Source of the DNA: a candidate division WOR-3 bacterium
GTDB taxonomy: Bacteria; Hydrothermota; Hydrothermia; LBFQ01; DSFT01
Length of the DNA: 16,505 bases
NCBI GenBank assembly: GCA_965649115.1
Contig: CBFGJN010000044.1
Location: forward strand, 1 to 16,505
Direction of reading: 5' to 3'
A program made the position numbers and the translations under genes. Under the pieces are notes generated by a model, which saw only the letters and a program-made list of their open reading frames with translations, was not told the origin of the DNA and did no database searches. Within the stretch, counting starts at the first letter, position 1. Each line of letters opens with the position of its first letter. This document shows, piece by piece, positions 8,619 through 16,370 of the stretch.

Positions 8619-10616
8619 ATGCTTTTGATAATAATAAATTTAAACCAGCCTTTAAAAATCCTTAATATTGTTGATTATATATTTTCAGATTATGAAAAAG
8701 CTATAAATGATAGTTCTGAATATAGAGAAATGCTTGAATTTTCAAAAAATCTTCTTGAATTATCAGATAGTTCAATTCTAAATTACTCAAAAAATGTTTA
8801 TGAACTAATAAAAAATAAGGAAAATCCTAAAAAAGTAAAATCTGAACTCTCAAAAATTAGAGAAATTATATTAAATAGTCAAAATTTAGAGATTTATCCA
8901 AAAAATCCTATTTCATTAAAATCTGGAAGAGAAATTTACCTTTATAACTGTGCAGTTTGCCATGGAGATAAAGGAGATGGAAATGGTCCTGCAAGTAAAA
9001 CACTAAATCCAAAACCTGCTAATTTTTTAGAAAGGTACGATTTAAGCCCTTTAAGAATATGGACGATTTTGAATGTTGGCCTTGTAAATATGCCATCATT
9101 TAATAATTTGTCTGATGATGAAAAATGGAATGTTGCTTTTTATGTTCTATCCATAAAATATCAAAATGCTCAAAAGAAAAAAGTAGATAATAAATTTGAT
9201 TTAAAATTGATTTCAAAATTATCTGATGAGAACTTAAAGGAAATGGGTTATAAATCTGACGAGATCGCTTACATTAGGACTAATATAGAAAATTTAATAG
9301 AAAAGAAAGATCACTTTTATGAAATTTTTAGCACACTTAATTTAATAAAGAATCTATATCAAAAAGGAGAATATGAAAAGGCATATAGTTTATCTGTTGA
9401 TTTATATTTTAATGATTTTGAGCCAATAGAAAAGAACTTATTTGCTAAGGATTTTAGTTTTGCTTCAAAGTTAGAGCAGAAATTTACCCAACTTAGAGGA
9501 ATTGTTAGACAGAAAGATAAAGAAAAAGAGGTTGAGAATTTAATTTTAAGCATAAAAAATGATTTGGAAAGGGCAAGAGATATTCTTGAAGGAAAAGCAT
9601 TTTCTGGTAATTGGGCATTTTTTAATTCATTTACAATCATATTTAGAGAAGGACTTGAAGTGGCAATTTTATTTGGGATTATTTTAAGTATTGTAAAATT
9701 AAGTGAAAGTAGATTAGCTGTAGTGGTTTCTTATCTTGGTTTAATAAGTGCTTTATTACTTGGAATTATAACTTGGATATTATCACAATTTATTATTAGT
9801 ATATCTACAATTCAAAGGGAAATGATTGAAGGTATTGTTAGTTTATTGGCAGCAATTGTTTTATTTCAAGTTTCTTATTGGCTTATTAGTAAATCTGAAA
9901 GTAAAATATGGATTGGTTATATTAAAGAAAAACTAAAATCTTCCTTAAATAAAAGTAATTTGTTTTTTATTTTTTCTTTAAGTTTTCTTGCTGGTTATAG
10001 AGAAGCATTTGAAACAGTTTTATTTTATCAAGCAATGATTATGAATACACCTAAAACTGATTTGAATTATGTAATTCTTGGGTTTTTATTTGGGTTAGCT
10101 TCAATCATTATTATTAGTTATGGAATTTTAAAATTACAATTAAAACTACCTTTAAATTTAATTTTTCCAATTACAGGTTCAATTTTATATGTTCTTTCAT
10201 TTATTTTTACAGGTCAAGCAATTAGAAGTTTTCAAGAAGCGAATTTAATTTCTACAACTTCTTTAAACTTTTTACCCACAATTGATTTCTTAGGTATTTA
10301 TCCTACCTTAGAAACTACATTAGCTCAAAGCATATTTATTTTTCTTGTTATTTTGGCAGTAATTATTATTAAAAAAGAAAACAAAAAGAAAGAAAAATTA
10401 TTAAGCGAGGTTGAAATTGCAGAAAAAGAAATTTTAAATATAATAAAGAGCATTAACGATGCAAAAGATAGAATATGTAAATATCAAAACCTAATAGTAA
10501 ATGTAGTTGAAGTTTCTGATAAATTAAAAAATGCACTTCTCCATATTCAAAATCTTGAAATTGCCCTTAAAGAAATTCAAAATGATATAACATTAAAGAG
10601 AAAAAATGGTTCTTAG
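8619..10616 (+). CDS. Cytochrome c / FTR1-family high-affinity iron permease (PbrT/EfeU-like fusion)
   Basis: Heme-binding CAVCHG with GDGNGP and a distal Met (NMPSF). Two RExxE iron-permease motifs (FREGLEV, YREAFET) in a multi-TM domain, and LGIYPTLET. ATG 8619 is preferred over TTG 8529, which overlaps the GT2 gene. Confidence 0.9.
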   Translation: MLLIIINLNQPLKILNIVDYIFSDYEKAINDSSEYREMLEFSKNLLELSDSSILNYSKNVYELIKNKENPKKVKSELSKIREIILNSQNLEIYPKNPISLKSGREIYLYNCAVCHGDKGDGNGPASKTLNPKPANFLERYDLSPLRIWTILNVGLVNMPSFNNLSDDEKWNVAFYVLSIKYQNAQKKKVDNKFDLKLISKLSDENLKEMGYKSDEIAYIRTNIENLIEKKDHFYEIFSTLNLIKNLYQKGEYEKAYSLSVDLYFNDFEPIEKNLFAKDFSFASKLEQKFTQLRGIVRQKDKEKEVENLILSIKNDLERARDILEGKAFSGNWAFFNSFTIIFREGLEVAILFGIILSIVKLSESRLAVVVSYLGLISALLLGIITWILSQFIISISTIQREMIEGIVSLLAAIVLFQVSYWLISKSESKIWIGYIKEKLKSSLNKSNLFFIFSLSFLAGYREAFETVLFYQAMIMNTPKTDLNYVILGFLFGLASIIIISYGILKLQLKLPLNLIFPITGSILYVLSFIFTGQAIRSFQEANLISTTSLNFLPTIDFLGIYPTLETTLAQSIFIFLVILAVIIIKKENKKKEKLLSEVEIAEKEILNIIKSINDAKDRICKYQNLIVNVVEVSDKLKNALLHIQNLEIALKEIQNDITLKRKNGS

Positions 10617-10644
10617 TAATAGGGCTTAAATATTTGTCCAAATT

Positions 10645-10748
10645 TTATTGGGGGTTTTTTGAGAAGGGGGGTGAAGCCCCCTTGCCGAAATATGGGTATT
10701 TTAAAGCCGTAGGCTTAATTATAGGGTGGGTGGGGAAAATGAGAAATA
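10645..10748 (+). repeat. Intergenic hairpin/G-tract repeat, copy 1 (long form, two hairpins)
   Basis: TTGGGGGTTTTTT - hairpin A (AGGGGGGT-GAA-GCCCCCTT, 10665-10683) - GCCGAAATATGGGTATTTT - hairpin B (AAGCC-GTA-GGCTT, 10704-10716) - GGGTGGGTGGGG (10724-10735) - AAAAT. Confidence 0.85.
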
Positions 10749-10814
10749 ACCATTAAATGATATTAAGTAATTGATTATCAATAATTTGTAAAAGCTTTAA
10801 GGAGATTTTTGATT

Positions 10815-10884
10815 TAATTGGGGTTTTTTAAGCCGAAGGCTTAATTAGGGTGGGTGGGAAAATAAAGAAAAATATATATTTCTA
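10815..10884 (+). repeat. Intergenic hairpin/G-tract repeat, copy 2 (short form)
   Basis: TTGGGGTTTT - TTAAGCC-GAA-GGCTTAA - TTA - GGGTGGGTGGG (10848-10858) - AAAATAAAGAAAAATATATATTTCTA. Confidence 0.85.
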
Positions 10885-10923
10885 AACGATATAAAACAAT
10901 AATGCTTTAAAATTTTCATTCTT

Positions 10924-11739
10924 ATGTCATATAGTATTGAAAAATTATGGAAAGAATTTAATTCAAAACTTGAAGAATATATAGATATTTATCTTCCAAA
11001 AGAAAATGAGAAACCATCAATTTTACATCAAGCAATGAGATATAGTTTGAGTGGAGGTAAAAGAGTAAGACCTTTCTTAGCTTTTATAGGTTATAAGCTA
11101 AATAAAGATGAGGTAATTGATGAATTGTACGATTTGGCATTAGCACTTGAACTTATCCACAATTTTTCGCTTGTACATGATGATTTACCAGCTCTTGACA
11201 ATGATGATTACAGGAGAGGCAAATTAACAGTTCATAAAAAATTTTCAGAAGCAATAGCGATACTAACTGGTGATGCTCTTTTTGCTTACGCTTTTAAAAT
11301 TTTAAATAAATTAGACAAGAAAATTATTGACATTATCTTAGATGCTCTTTTAAGTAATGGTATGATAGGAGGACAAGTCATTGATATTCAGAAAGATATA
11401 AAGAATTTAGATGAGTTAATGGATTTACACTATTATAAAACAGGTAAATTAATAGAAGCAAGTATTGTTTCAGGATATGTTCTTGCAGGTGGAGAAAAAT
11501 TAGAAGTTTTAAGAATTATTGGTAAAAATATAGGTCTAATTTTCCAAATTGTTGATGATATTCTAGATAAGGAAAAAAATGAGGATATTACGATTTTAAA
11601 ATTCTTGGATTATAAATCAGTAGAAAAGCTGTTAGCAGAAATGAAAGATATTACAATTAAACTTATTGAGGAAAACTTTGAAAAGAATGGTTATTTGCTA
11701 AAAAATTTCGTTTTTTATCTTTTGAATAGAAATGAATAA
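10924..11739 (+). CDS. ispA: Short-chain polyprenyl diphosphate synthase (FPP/GGPP synthase)
   Basis: GGKRVRP, first Asp-rich motif IHNFSLVHDDLPALDNDDYRRGK (aromatic Phe five residues before the motif, typical of short-chain enzymes), GGQVID, KTGKL, second motif FQIVDDILD. Confidence 0.92.
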   Translation: MSYSIEKLWKEFNSKLEEYIDIYLPKENEKPSILHQAMRYSLSGGKRVRPFLAFIGYKLNKDEVIDELYDLALALELIHNFSLVHDDLPALDNDDYRRGKLTVHKKFSEAIAILTGDALFAYAFKILNKLDKKIIDIILDALLSNGMIGGQVIDIQKDIKNLDELMDLHYYKTGKLIEASIVSGYVLAGGEKLEVLRIIGKNIGLIFQIVDDILDKEKNEDITILKFLDYKSVEKLLAEMKDITIKLIEENFEKNGYLLKNFVFYLLNRNE

Positions 11740-12154
11740 AGTGCTTTTAACAGCTATTATAGGTAGCTTATCTGCCCAAATTTTAAAACTTATAATAAAT
11801 TATATAAACTACAAGAAGCTTGATTTTAGAATTCTATTTTCAACAGGAGGAATGCCAAGTTCCCATAGTGCATCTGTAATGTCATTATCTATGGCAGTTG
11901 GTTTTGAAGAAGGTTTTAAATCAAACTTGTTTGCTATTTGCTTATTTTTCAGTTTTATTGTTATGTACGATGCAGCAGGGATAAGAAGGGCAGCAGGTAA
12001 GCAAGCGGAAATTCTGAATAAAATTATTGAAGATTTATATGCAGGAAGAAAAACTGATGAAAAATTAAAAGAACTTTTAGGTCATACACCAATAGAAGTG
12101 ATAATTGGAGCTATATGGGGTATTATTGTTGCATTAATAATGTATGCTTTATAA
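11732..12154 (+). CDS. Divergent PAP2 family membrane protein (DUF212/YuiD-like)
   Basis: TGGMPSSHS, VMYDAAGIRRAAGKQA, LKELLGHTPIEV. Its position directly after a prenyl synthase is a known gene pairing. Confidence 0.92.
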   Translation: MNKVLLTAIIGSLSAQILKLIINYINYKKLDFRILFSTGGMPSSHSASVMSLSMAVGFEEGFKSNLFAICLFFSFIVMYDAAGIRRAAGKQAEILNKIIEDLYAGRKTDEKLKELLGHTPIEVIIGAIWGIIVALIMYAL

Positions 12155-12166
12155 TTTTGGCTCTTT

Positions 12167-13759
12167 ATGATGATGCGCAAAATTTCACTTATTTTAATTC
12201 TAGTTTCATCTGGATGGGCACAAGTTGAGCTATTTAGAGAAGGTGATGTTATTGATGCAAGGTTCTATGGAGAAGTTCTAGCGACTAATGTATATGTAAC
12301 TTCTCATATTCCTGATCTTACTGCAGCTGCTGCTTCTTCTGAAAATGAAATGTTTCAGGCTGGTTATGCAAGACTAAACTCACGAATTAGAGTAAATGAT
12401 ATATTCACTATTGGTCTTGGTTTGACTTGGTGGGGATTATGGTCTGGTTTTTCTAAGAAAAATTTCCCATTTGTAAGTGAAGCATTTGTAATGACTGATA
12501 CACTAAGCTGGCCTTTTGGTACAAGAGCTGTAATAGCTGGTGGAAGAATGGTGAGGAATTATGGTCTTGGATTATTGTTCTCAGACTTTTATGGTCAAGG
12601 TTATAATACATTCGCATTAGTTTTAAGGCCAAATCAAGAACAAGAGGTTTATATTGATTTCGTATATACGAAAATTTCAGAAGGTGGTGGAAATCAAGAA
12701 GATTGGTTTTATTTTCCTGTTGCTATAAATACTGCTAATACAAAAAGTTATATATGGATATATACAAAATATGACCTTGAAAATTATGGGATTGTTTTAA
12801 GAAAACTAAAAAGAAACGATCAACCCTATGCCTTCAATATATACTTCCTAACATTAGCGGAAGATAGAGCAATTTCACCAGGGTTTAATCCATTTTGGAC
12901 CGGACTGTATCTTGATGTTGGACCATTTAGAAAGTTTGCCTTAAGAGGTGAAATTGGATATATGTTTGGTAGATGGGATGCAGTAAAACCTATATATAAC
13001 GATTTTCCCGATAAGCTTTATACTATTATAAGGAATTGTGATGTTAATTCTAATCAGGATTGTCCTGGATTTAGGTTTAATTCACTAGCATTTACAGTGG
13101 ATGCCAAGTACATAGCTAGTGAAACATTTGGAATGGGTATTAGTTATACAAGTTTTCAAGGAGATGATGGAAAAACAAGTGATGTTTATGAAGGATGGTT
13201 CCCCCCATCATTAAGAGGAGAATTATCTTTAAATAGCAATTGGAGTAAATGGAGTGGACTTGGTGAAATTTTCACATGGGGTATGAAACCTGGACTTTAT
13301 AGAGATATATTTGCAAGTGTGATGTCAGATTTAAGAATTATAAATGTATATCTTGAAGCAGTTCCTTATACTATATTCCATTCACTTAAAGCAAGATTTG
13401 ATTTCTTTGGTTATTGGGAATATTGGGGTCCTGAAAAAGAGTACATTAGTGTAGATACAATCAAGTATCCTATCAAACCTGATCAAGCATACGCTCTTGA
13501 TTTGGGTTATGAGTTTGATTTATCTTTAAGATTTAGATATGCAGAAGTTGCTGATTTGGGTGTAATTATTGGCTATTTCATACCTGGAAATAGATTAAAG
13601 TACGGATGGGTTAGACCTACTTCATTAGCAGCTTTACAAAAAGTAGGTTTATTAACAGGTGATATTATTACAAATGGAACTCAAATTGTTAATTATTCAA
13701 AAGCTGATGCTGGTAGCTTTTTAGCAAGATTTTGGATTTATAGAGAAATTAACTTTTAA
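12167..13759 (+). CDS. Secreted outer-membrane beta-barrel protein (porin / alginate-export-like), function unknown
   Basis: Signal peptide MMMRKISLILILVSSGWA|Q. Many alternating aromatic/hydrophobic beta-strands, DLGYEFDLSLRFRY...GYFIPG near the C-terminus, and a terminal Phe (WIYREINF) consistent with a BAM beta-signal. Confidence 0.65.
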   Translation: MMMRKISLILILVSSGWAQVELFREGDVIDARFYGEVLATNVYVTSHIPDLTAAAASSENEMFQAGYARLNSRIRVNDIFTIGLGLTWWGLWSGFSKKNFPFVSEAFVMTDTLSWPFGTRAVIAGGRMVRNYGLGLLFSDFYGQGYNTFALVLRPNQEQEVYIDFVYTKISEGGGNQEDWFYFPVAINTANTKSYIWIYTKYDLENYGIVLRKLKRNDQPYAFNIYFLTLAEDRAISPGFNPFWTGLYLDVGPFRKFALRGEIGYMFGRWDAVKPIYNDFPDKLYTIIRNCDVNSNQDCPGFRFNSLAFTVDAKYIASETFGMGISYTSFQGDDGKTSDVYEGWFPPSLRGELSLNSNWSKWSGLGEIFTWGMKPGLYRDIFASVMSDLRIINVYLEAVPYTIFHSLKARFDFFGYWEYWGPEKEYISVDTIKYPIKPDQAYALDLGYEFDLSLRFRYAEVADLGVIIGYFIPGNRLKYGWVRPTSLAALQKVGLLTGDIITNGTQIVNYSKADAGSFLARFWIYREINF

Positions 13760-14777
13760 TTACTAAGTGGAGGTAGGGATTTCTTTCCCTACCATTAATA
13801 GCAAAAATTATTTTAATATTTTCGTTTCCTATTCCCAAACCATAGCTATATAGCATTCTACTTTTGTTAATCCAATAAGTTTGGATAATAGGATAAAAAA
13901 TAAAAAATTTTGGCTCAAATGTTAAAAGTGCATAATTATTACAAATAATTGAGTTTTCAATATATCCTAAAATGCTTTCAGATCCTCCAATAGCAACACT
14001 ATCTATTTGATTAAATAACATTTCAAAATTTAAAAATCTAACTTTTGTTTTCAAAAAAAATTTATAAAAAAAATTTATCTCATCGATTCTAAAATTGAAA
14101 ATTTTACTTTCATAACCTCCAATAATACCCATTCTGCTATTAAGTGCTCTAAAACCAAAAAAATAACCCTTTAAATTAAAATAACTTTCAAAATTATAAT
14201 CGCTTAAATTCCTATAATATCTAAAAGTCCATTTGTTTAAAATTTTAATTGGAATTGGGAATTCAAGTGAAAAATTAAGGTAGTTCCTCTTGTAAGAAAA
14301 ACTTAAAAAATCAAAATTTAAATTTATATTACCATTTAAAAAACTATCAGAAATCGTTAAACCTCCGAAAGCATTAAAAGGAAATTTTTCATTTTCAAAT
14401 AATAAATAATTTTCATAGATTTTCATTGAACTTCTCAAATTGTAAAATTCATCAAGAACCTTAACTTGATTTTCAATTTTTGAACGATTTATAATTGTTC
14501 TTTTAAAATTTTTTAGAAATTCATTATAAATTATTGTCTTTGAATAATAGTTTGAAAATTTTAAGTCCTTAATGATATAAATGAAATTTTTTTTAAATTG
14601 GCAAGTTATAAAAATTGTGTCTGAAAGTTTTAGAATTTCAATAACTTTGAATTCTGAAAATGGATATCCTTTATTTGAGAATTCATCAATTAAATTTTTT
14701 ATTTCAATTTGGGGATTCTTGGTAATTTTTTCAAAATTCGTATCACCTATTATTTTAAGTACAAAAATTCCTTCCAT
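13749..14777 (-). CDS. Hypothetical protein, probably a reduced/divergent Omp85 (BamA/TamA-like) family member
   Basis: N-terminal POTRA-like NKGYPFS. The C-terminal half is rich in aromatic beta-strands, with an L6-like segment AIGGSESILGYIENS and YSYGLGIG. The family assignment is inferred from motifs only. Confidence 0.5.
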   Translation of the reverse strand: MEGIFVLKIIGDTNFEKITKNPQIEIKNLIDEFSNKGYPFSEFKVIEILKLSDTIFITCQFKKNFIYIIKDLKFSNYYSKTIIYNEFLKNFKRTIINRSKIENQVKVLDEFYNLRSSMKIYENYLLFENEKFPFNAFGGLTISDSFLNGNINLNFDFLSFSYKRNYLNFSLEFPIPIKILNKWTFRYYRNLSDYNFESYFNLKGYFFGFRALNSRMGIIGGYESKIFNFRIDEINFFYKFFLKTKVRFLNFEMLFNQIDSVAIGGSESILGYIENSIICNNYALLTFEPKFFIFYPIIQTYWINKSRMLYSYGLGIGNENIKIIFAINGRERNPYLHLVIKS

Positions 14778-15247
14778 CTTTCATCTGGGATATTATCTCT
14801 TAAAATATGTAATTCAAAATAAGTTGGTTTTCTTGGTTTTGATAAAAGCTTCATTCCAGCCTCTTCTGGTGTTAAATCTCCTTTTTTTAAATTACACTTT
14901 ACGCAGGCACAAACAAGATTTTCCCAACTTTCTTTCCCACCTCTTGATTTTGGAATTATATGGTCAACTGTAAATGGTCCTTTTTGAGTTCCACAATACT
15001 GACAAGTTCTTCTATCTCTTAAAATAATGTTTTTCTTTGATAGTGGTGGTTCTCTAAACTTAACTTTTACATAGTACTTTAATCTAATAACACTTGGCTC
15101 AGGTATTGCTATATTTTCCGATTTAATAAGTTTATCATTGGAATAAACAATCTCTGCTTTTAGTGAGAAAATGAGTTTTATAGCTCTTCTTACACTAACG
15201 ATATTTAAAGGCTCATAAGTTTGATTTAAAAGCAAAACCCGGCTCAA
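14750..15247 (-). CDS. HNH endonuclease (McrA-like, widespread stand-alone family)
   Basis: VLLLNQTYEPL N-terminus, PSVIRL, RDRRTCQYCG, TVDHIIPKSRGG, WENLVCACVKCNLKKG. TTG start. Confidence 0.9.
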   Translation of the reverse strand: MSRVLLLNQTYEPLNIVSVRRAIKLIFSLKAEIVYSNDKLIKSENIAIPEPSVIRLKYYVKVKFREPPLSKKNIILRDRRTCQYCGTQKGPFTVDHIIPKSRGGKESWENLVCACVKCNLKKGDLTPEEAGMKLLSKPRKPTYFELHILRDNIPDERWKEFLYLK

Positions 15248-15248
15248 A

Positions 15249-16370
15249 TCATTCTATATTATTTGCTCTTCTCCAAGCAGTTTGTCTTAGCTTTCTAGCT
15301 CTGTCAAGCTGGTTTGATATATAATTTTTTAAATTTCCTGAAGCTCCATTCAATGCTCTATTGTAATAATTTATAGCAATATCATAAAGTTTTATAGCAT
15401 CGCTATATTTTTCACTATTATATAAGTTTTGAGCCCTATCAAAATATATATCTCCAAGACTTGCATAAGCAAATGAAACAACAGATGTTAAACCTTCCTT
15501 TTGACCTAAGCTTATGGCCTTATTAAATAATTCTTCTGCTCTTGAATAATTTTTAATGTACTCAACATAAATTGTTCCTAATTTTAAATAAACAGAAGAG
15601 TTTTCATTTCTCTTTAAATAGTTTTCAAGATAATCCACTGCTTTCTTATAATCCTTATCATTAATTGCTTCATCAACGATATTATTTAGATAATCAACAT
15701 CATTAGGATTGGAACTATATAGTTTTTCAAGGTATTTAATATATCTTGCTCTATATGTTTTATCATTTTTTAATTTTGAATTAGCATTATATCCGAGTTG
15801 CCAAATTTCCTTATCAGTTGAATCAATTTTATATAATTGTTCAATTGTATCCGATGCTTCTTTTAGTTTTTCCAATTTTATTAAAATTTGAATATATGCT
15901 TTTTTAAGCTTTAAGTCATTAGGATATTTTTTGAGTAGTTGGGTGTATAGAGTTTCTGCTGACATATAATTCTTTGATTTTTCATAAACACCTAATAAAA
16001 GCTTAATTATTGTTTCATTTTGAGGATCAATTTCAAGTGCTTTCTTGTAGTTTTCAATAGATTTATTATAATCTTCTTTTATATATCCATAAATATAACC
16101 AAGTCCTTGATAACCTTCTGGTCTATCTGGAAATAACTCTACAACCTTTTGATAGGTTAAAAGTGCAGAATCAGGTTTTTTCAAAGCTATGTATGATAAA
16201 GCCATTTCAAGATAAGCAGGTAAGAATTTTTCATCATAACTTAATGCTCTCTTATAATTTTCAATAGCTTTATCAAATTGATTTTTTTGAAAGTAATCTC
16301 TACCTACTGAAAACCACATTTTAGCAGTATCGGTTTTAGCACTCTGTGTTATTAAAATTAACATTACCAT
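15249..16370 (-). CDS. Tetratricopeptide-repeat protein, probably exported
   Basis: Multiple TPR units (KAIENYKRAL, GYQGLGYIY...SIENYKKALEIDP, VYLKLGTIY, AYASLGDIY) and a short hydrophobic N-terminus. Confidence 0.88.
   Translation of the reverse strand: MVMLILITQSAKTDTAKMWFSVGRDYFQKNQFDKAIENYKRALSYDEKFLPAYLEMALSYIALKKPDSALLTYQKVVELFPDRPEGYQGLGYIYGYIKEDYNKSIENYKKALEIDPQNETIIKLLLGVYEKSKNYMSAETLYTQLLKKYPNDLKLKKAYIQILIKLEKLKEASDTIEQLYKIDSTDKEIWQLGYNANSKLKNDKTYRARYIKYLEKLYSSNPNDVDYLNNIVDEAINDKDYKKAVDYLENYLKRNENSSVYLKLGTIYVEYIKNYSRAEELFNKAISLGQKEGLTSVVSFAYASLGDIYFDRAQNLYNSEKYSDAIKLYDIAINYYNRALNGASGNLKNYISNQLDRARKLRQTAWRRANNIE

Noticed and set aside
10664..10683. Intrinsic terminator for the FTR1 gene
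   Set aside because: The hairpin is strong but has no U-tract after it on either strand, so it is treated as part of the repeat. A terminator role is not excluded.
10645..10884. CRISPR array
   Set aside because: Only two adjacent copies of unequal length, no regular repeat-spacer period, no cas genes, and the third copy is 5.6 kb away and inverted.
10924..12154. ispA-DUF212 pairing as a novel system
   Set aside because: This adjacency is already a well-known conserved gene pair.
14750..15247. HNH as IscB/Cas9-like, intron-encoded or phage terminase-associated nuclease
   Set aside because: Only 165 aa, with no RuvC or RT motifs and no room for a flanking ncRNA or phage genes; it matches the common stand-alone family.
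608..15891. Short ORFs 608-805, 4342-4617, 4900-5094, 6743-7045, 7367-7558, 7978-8229, 9359-9640, 14581-14973, 15709-15891
   Set aside because: All are antisense or out-of-frame shadows within well-supported genes and carry no recognisable motifs.
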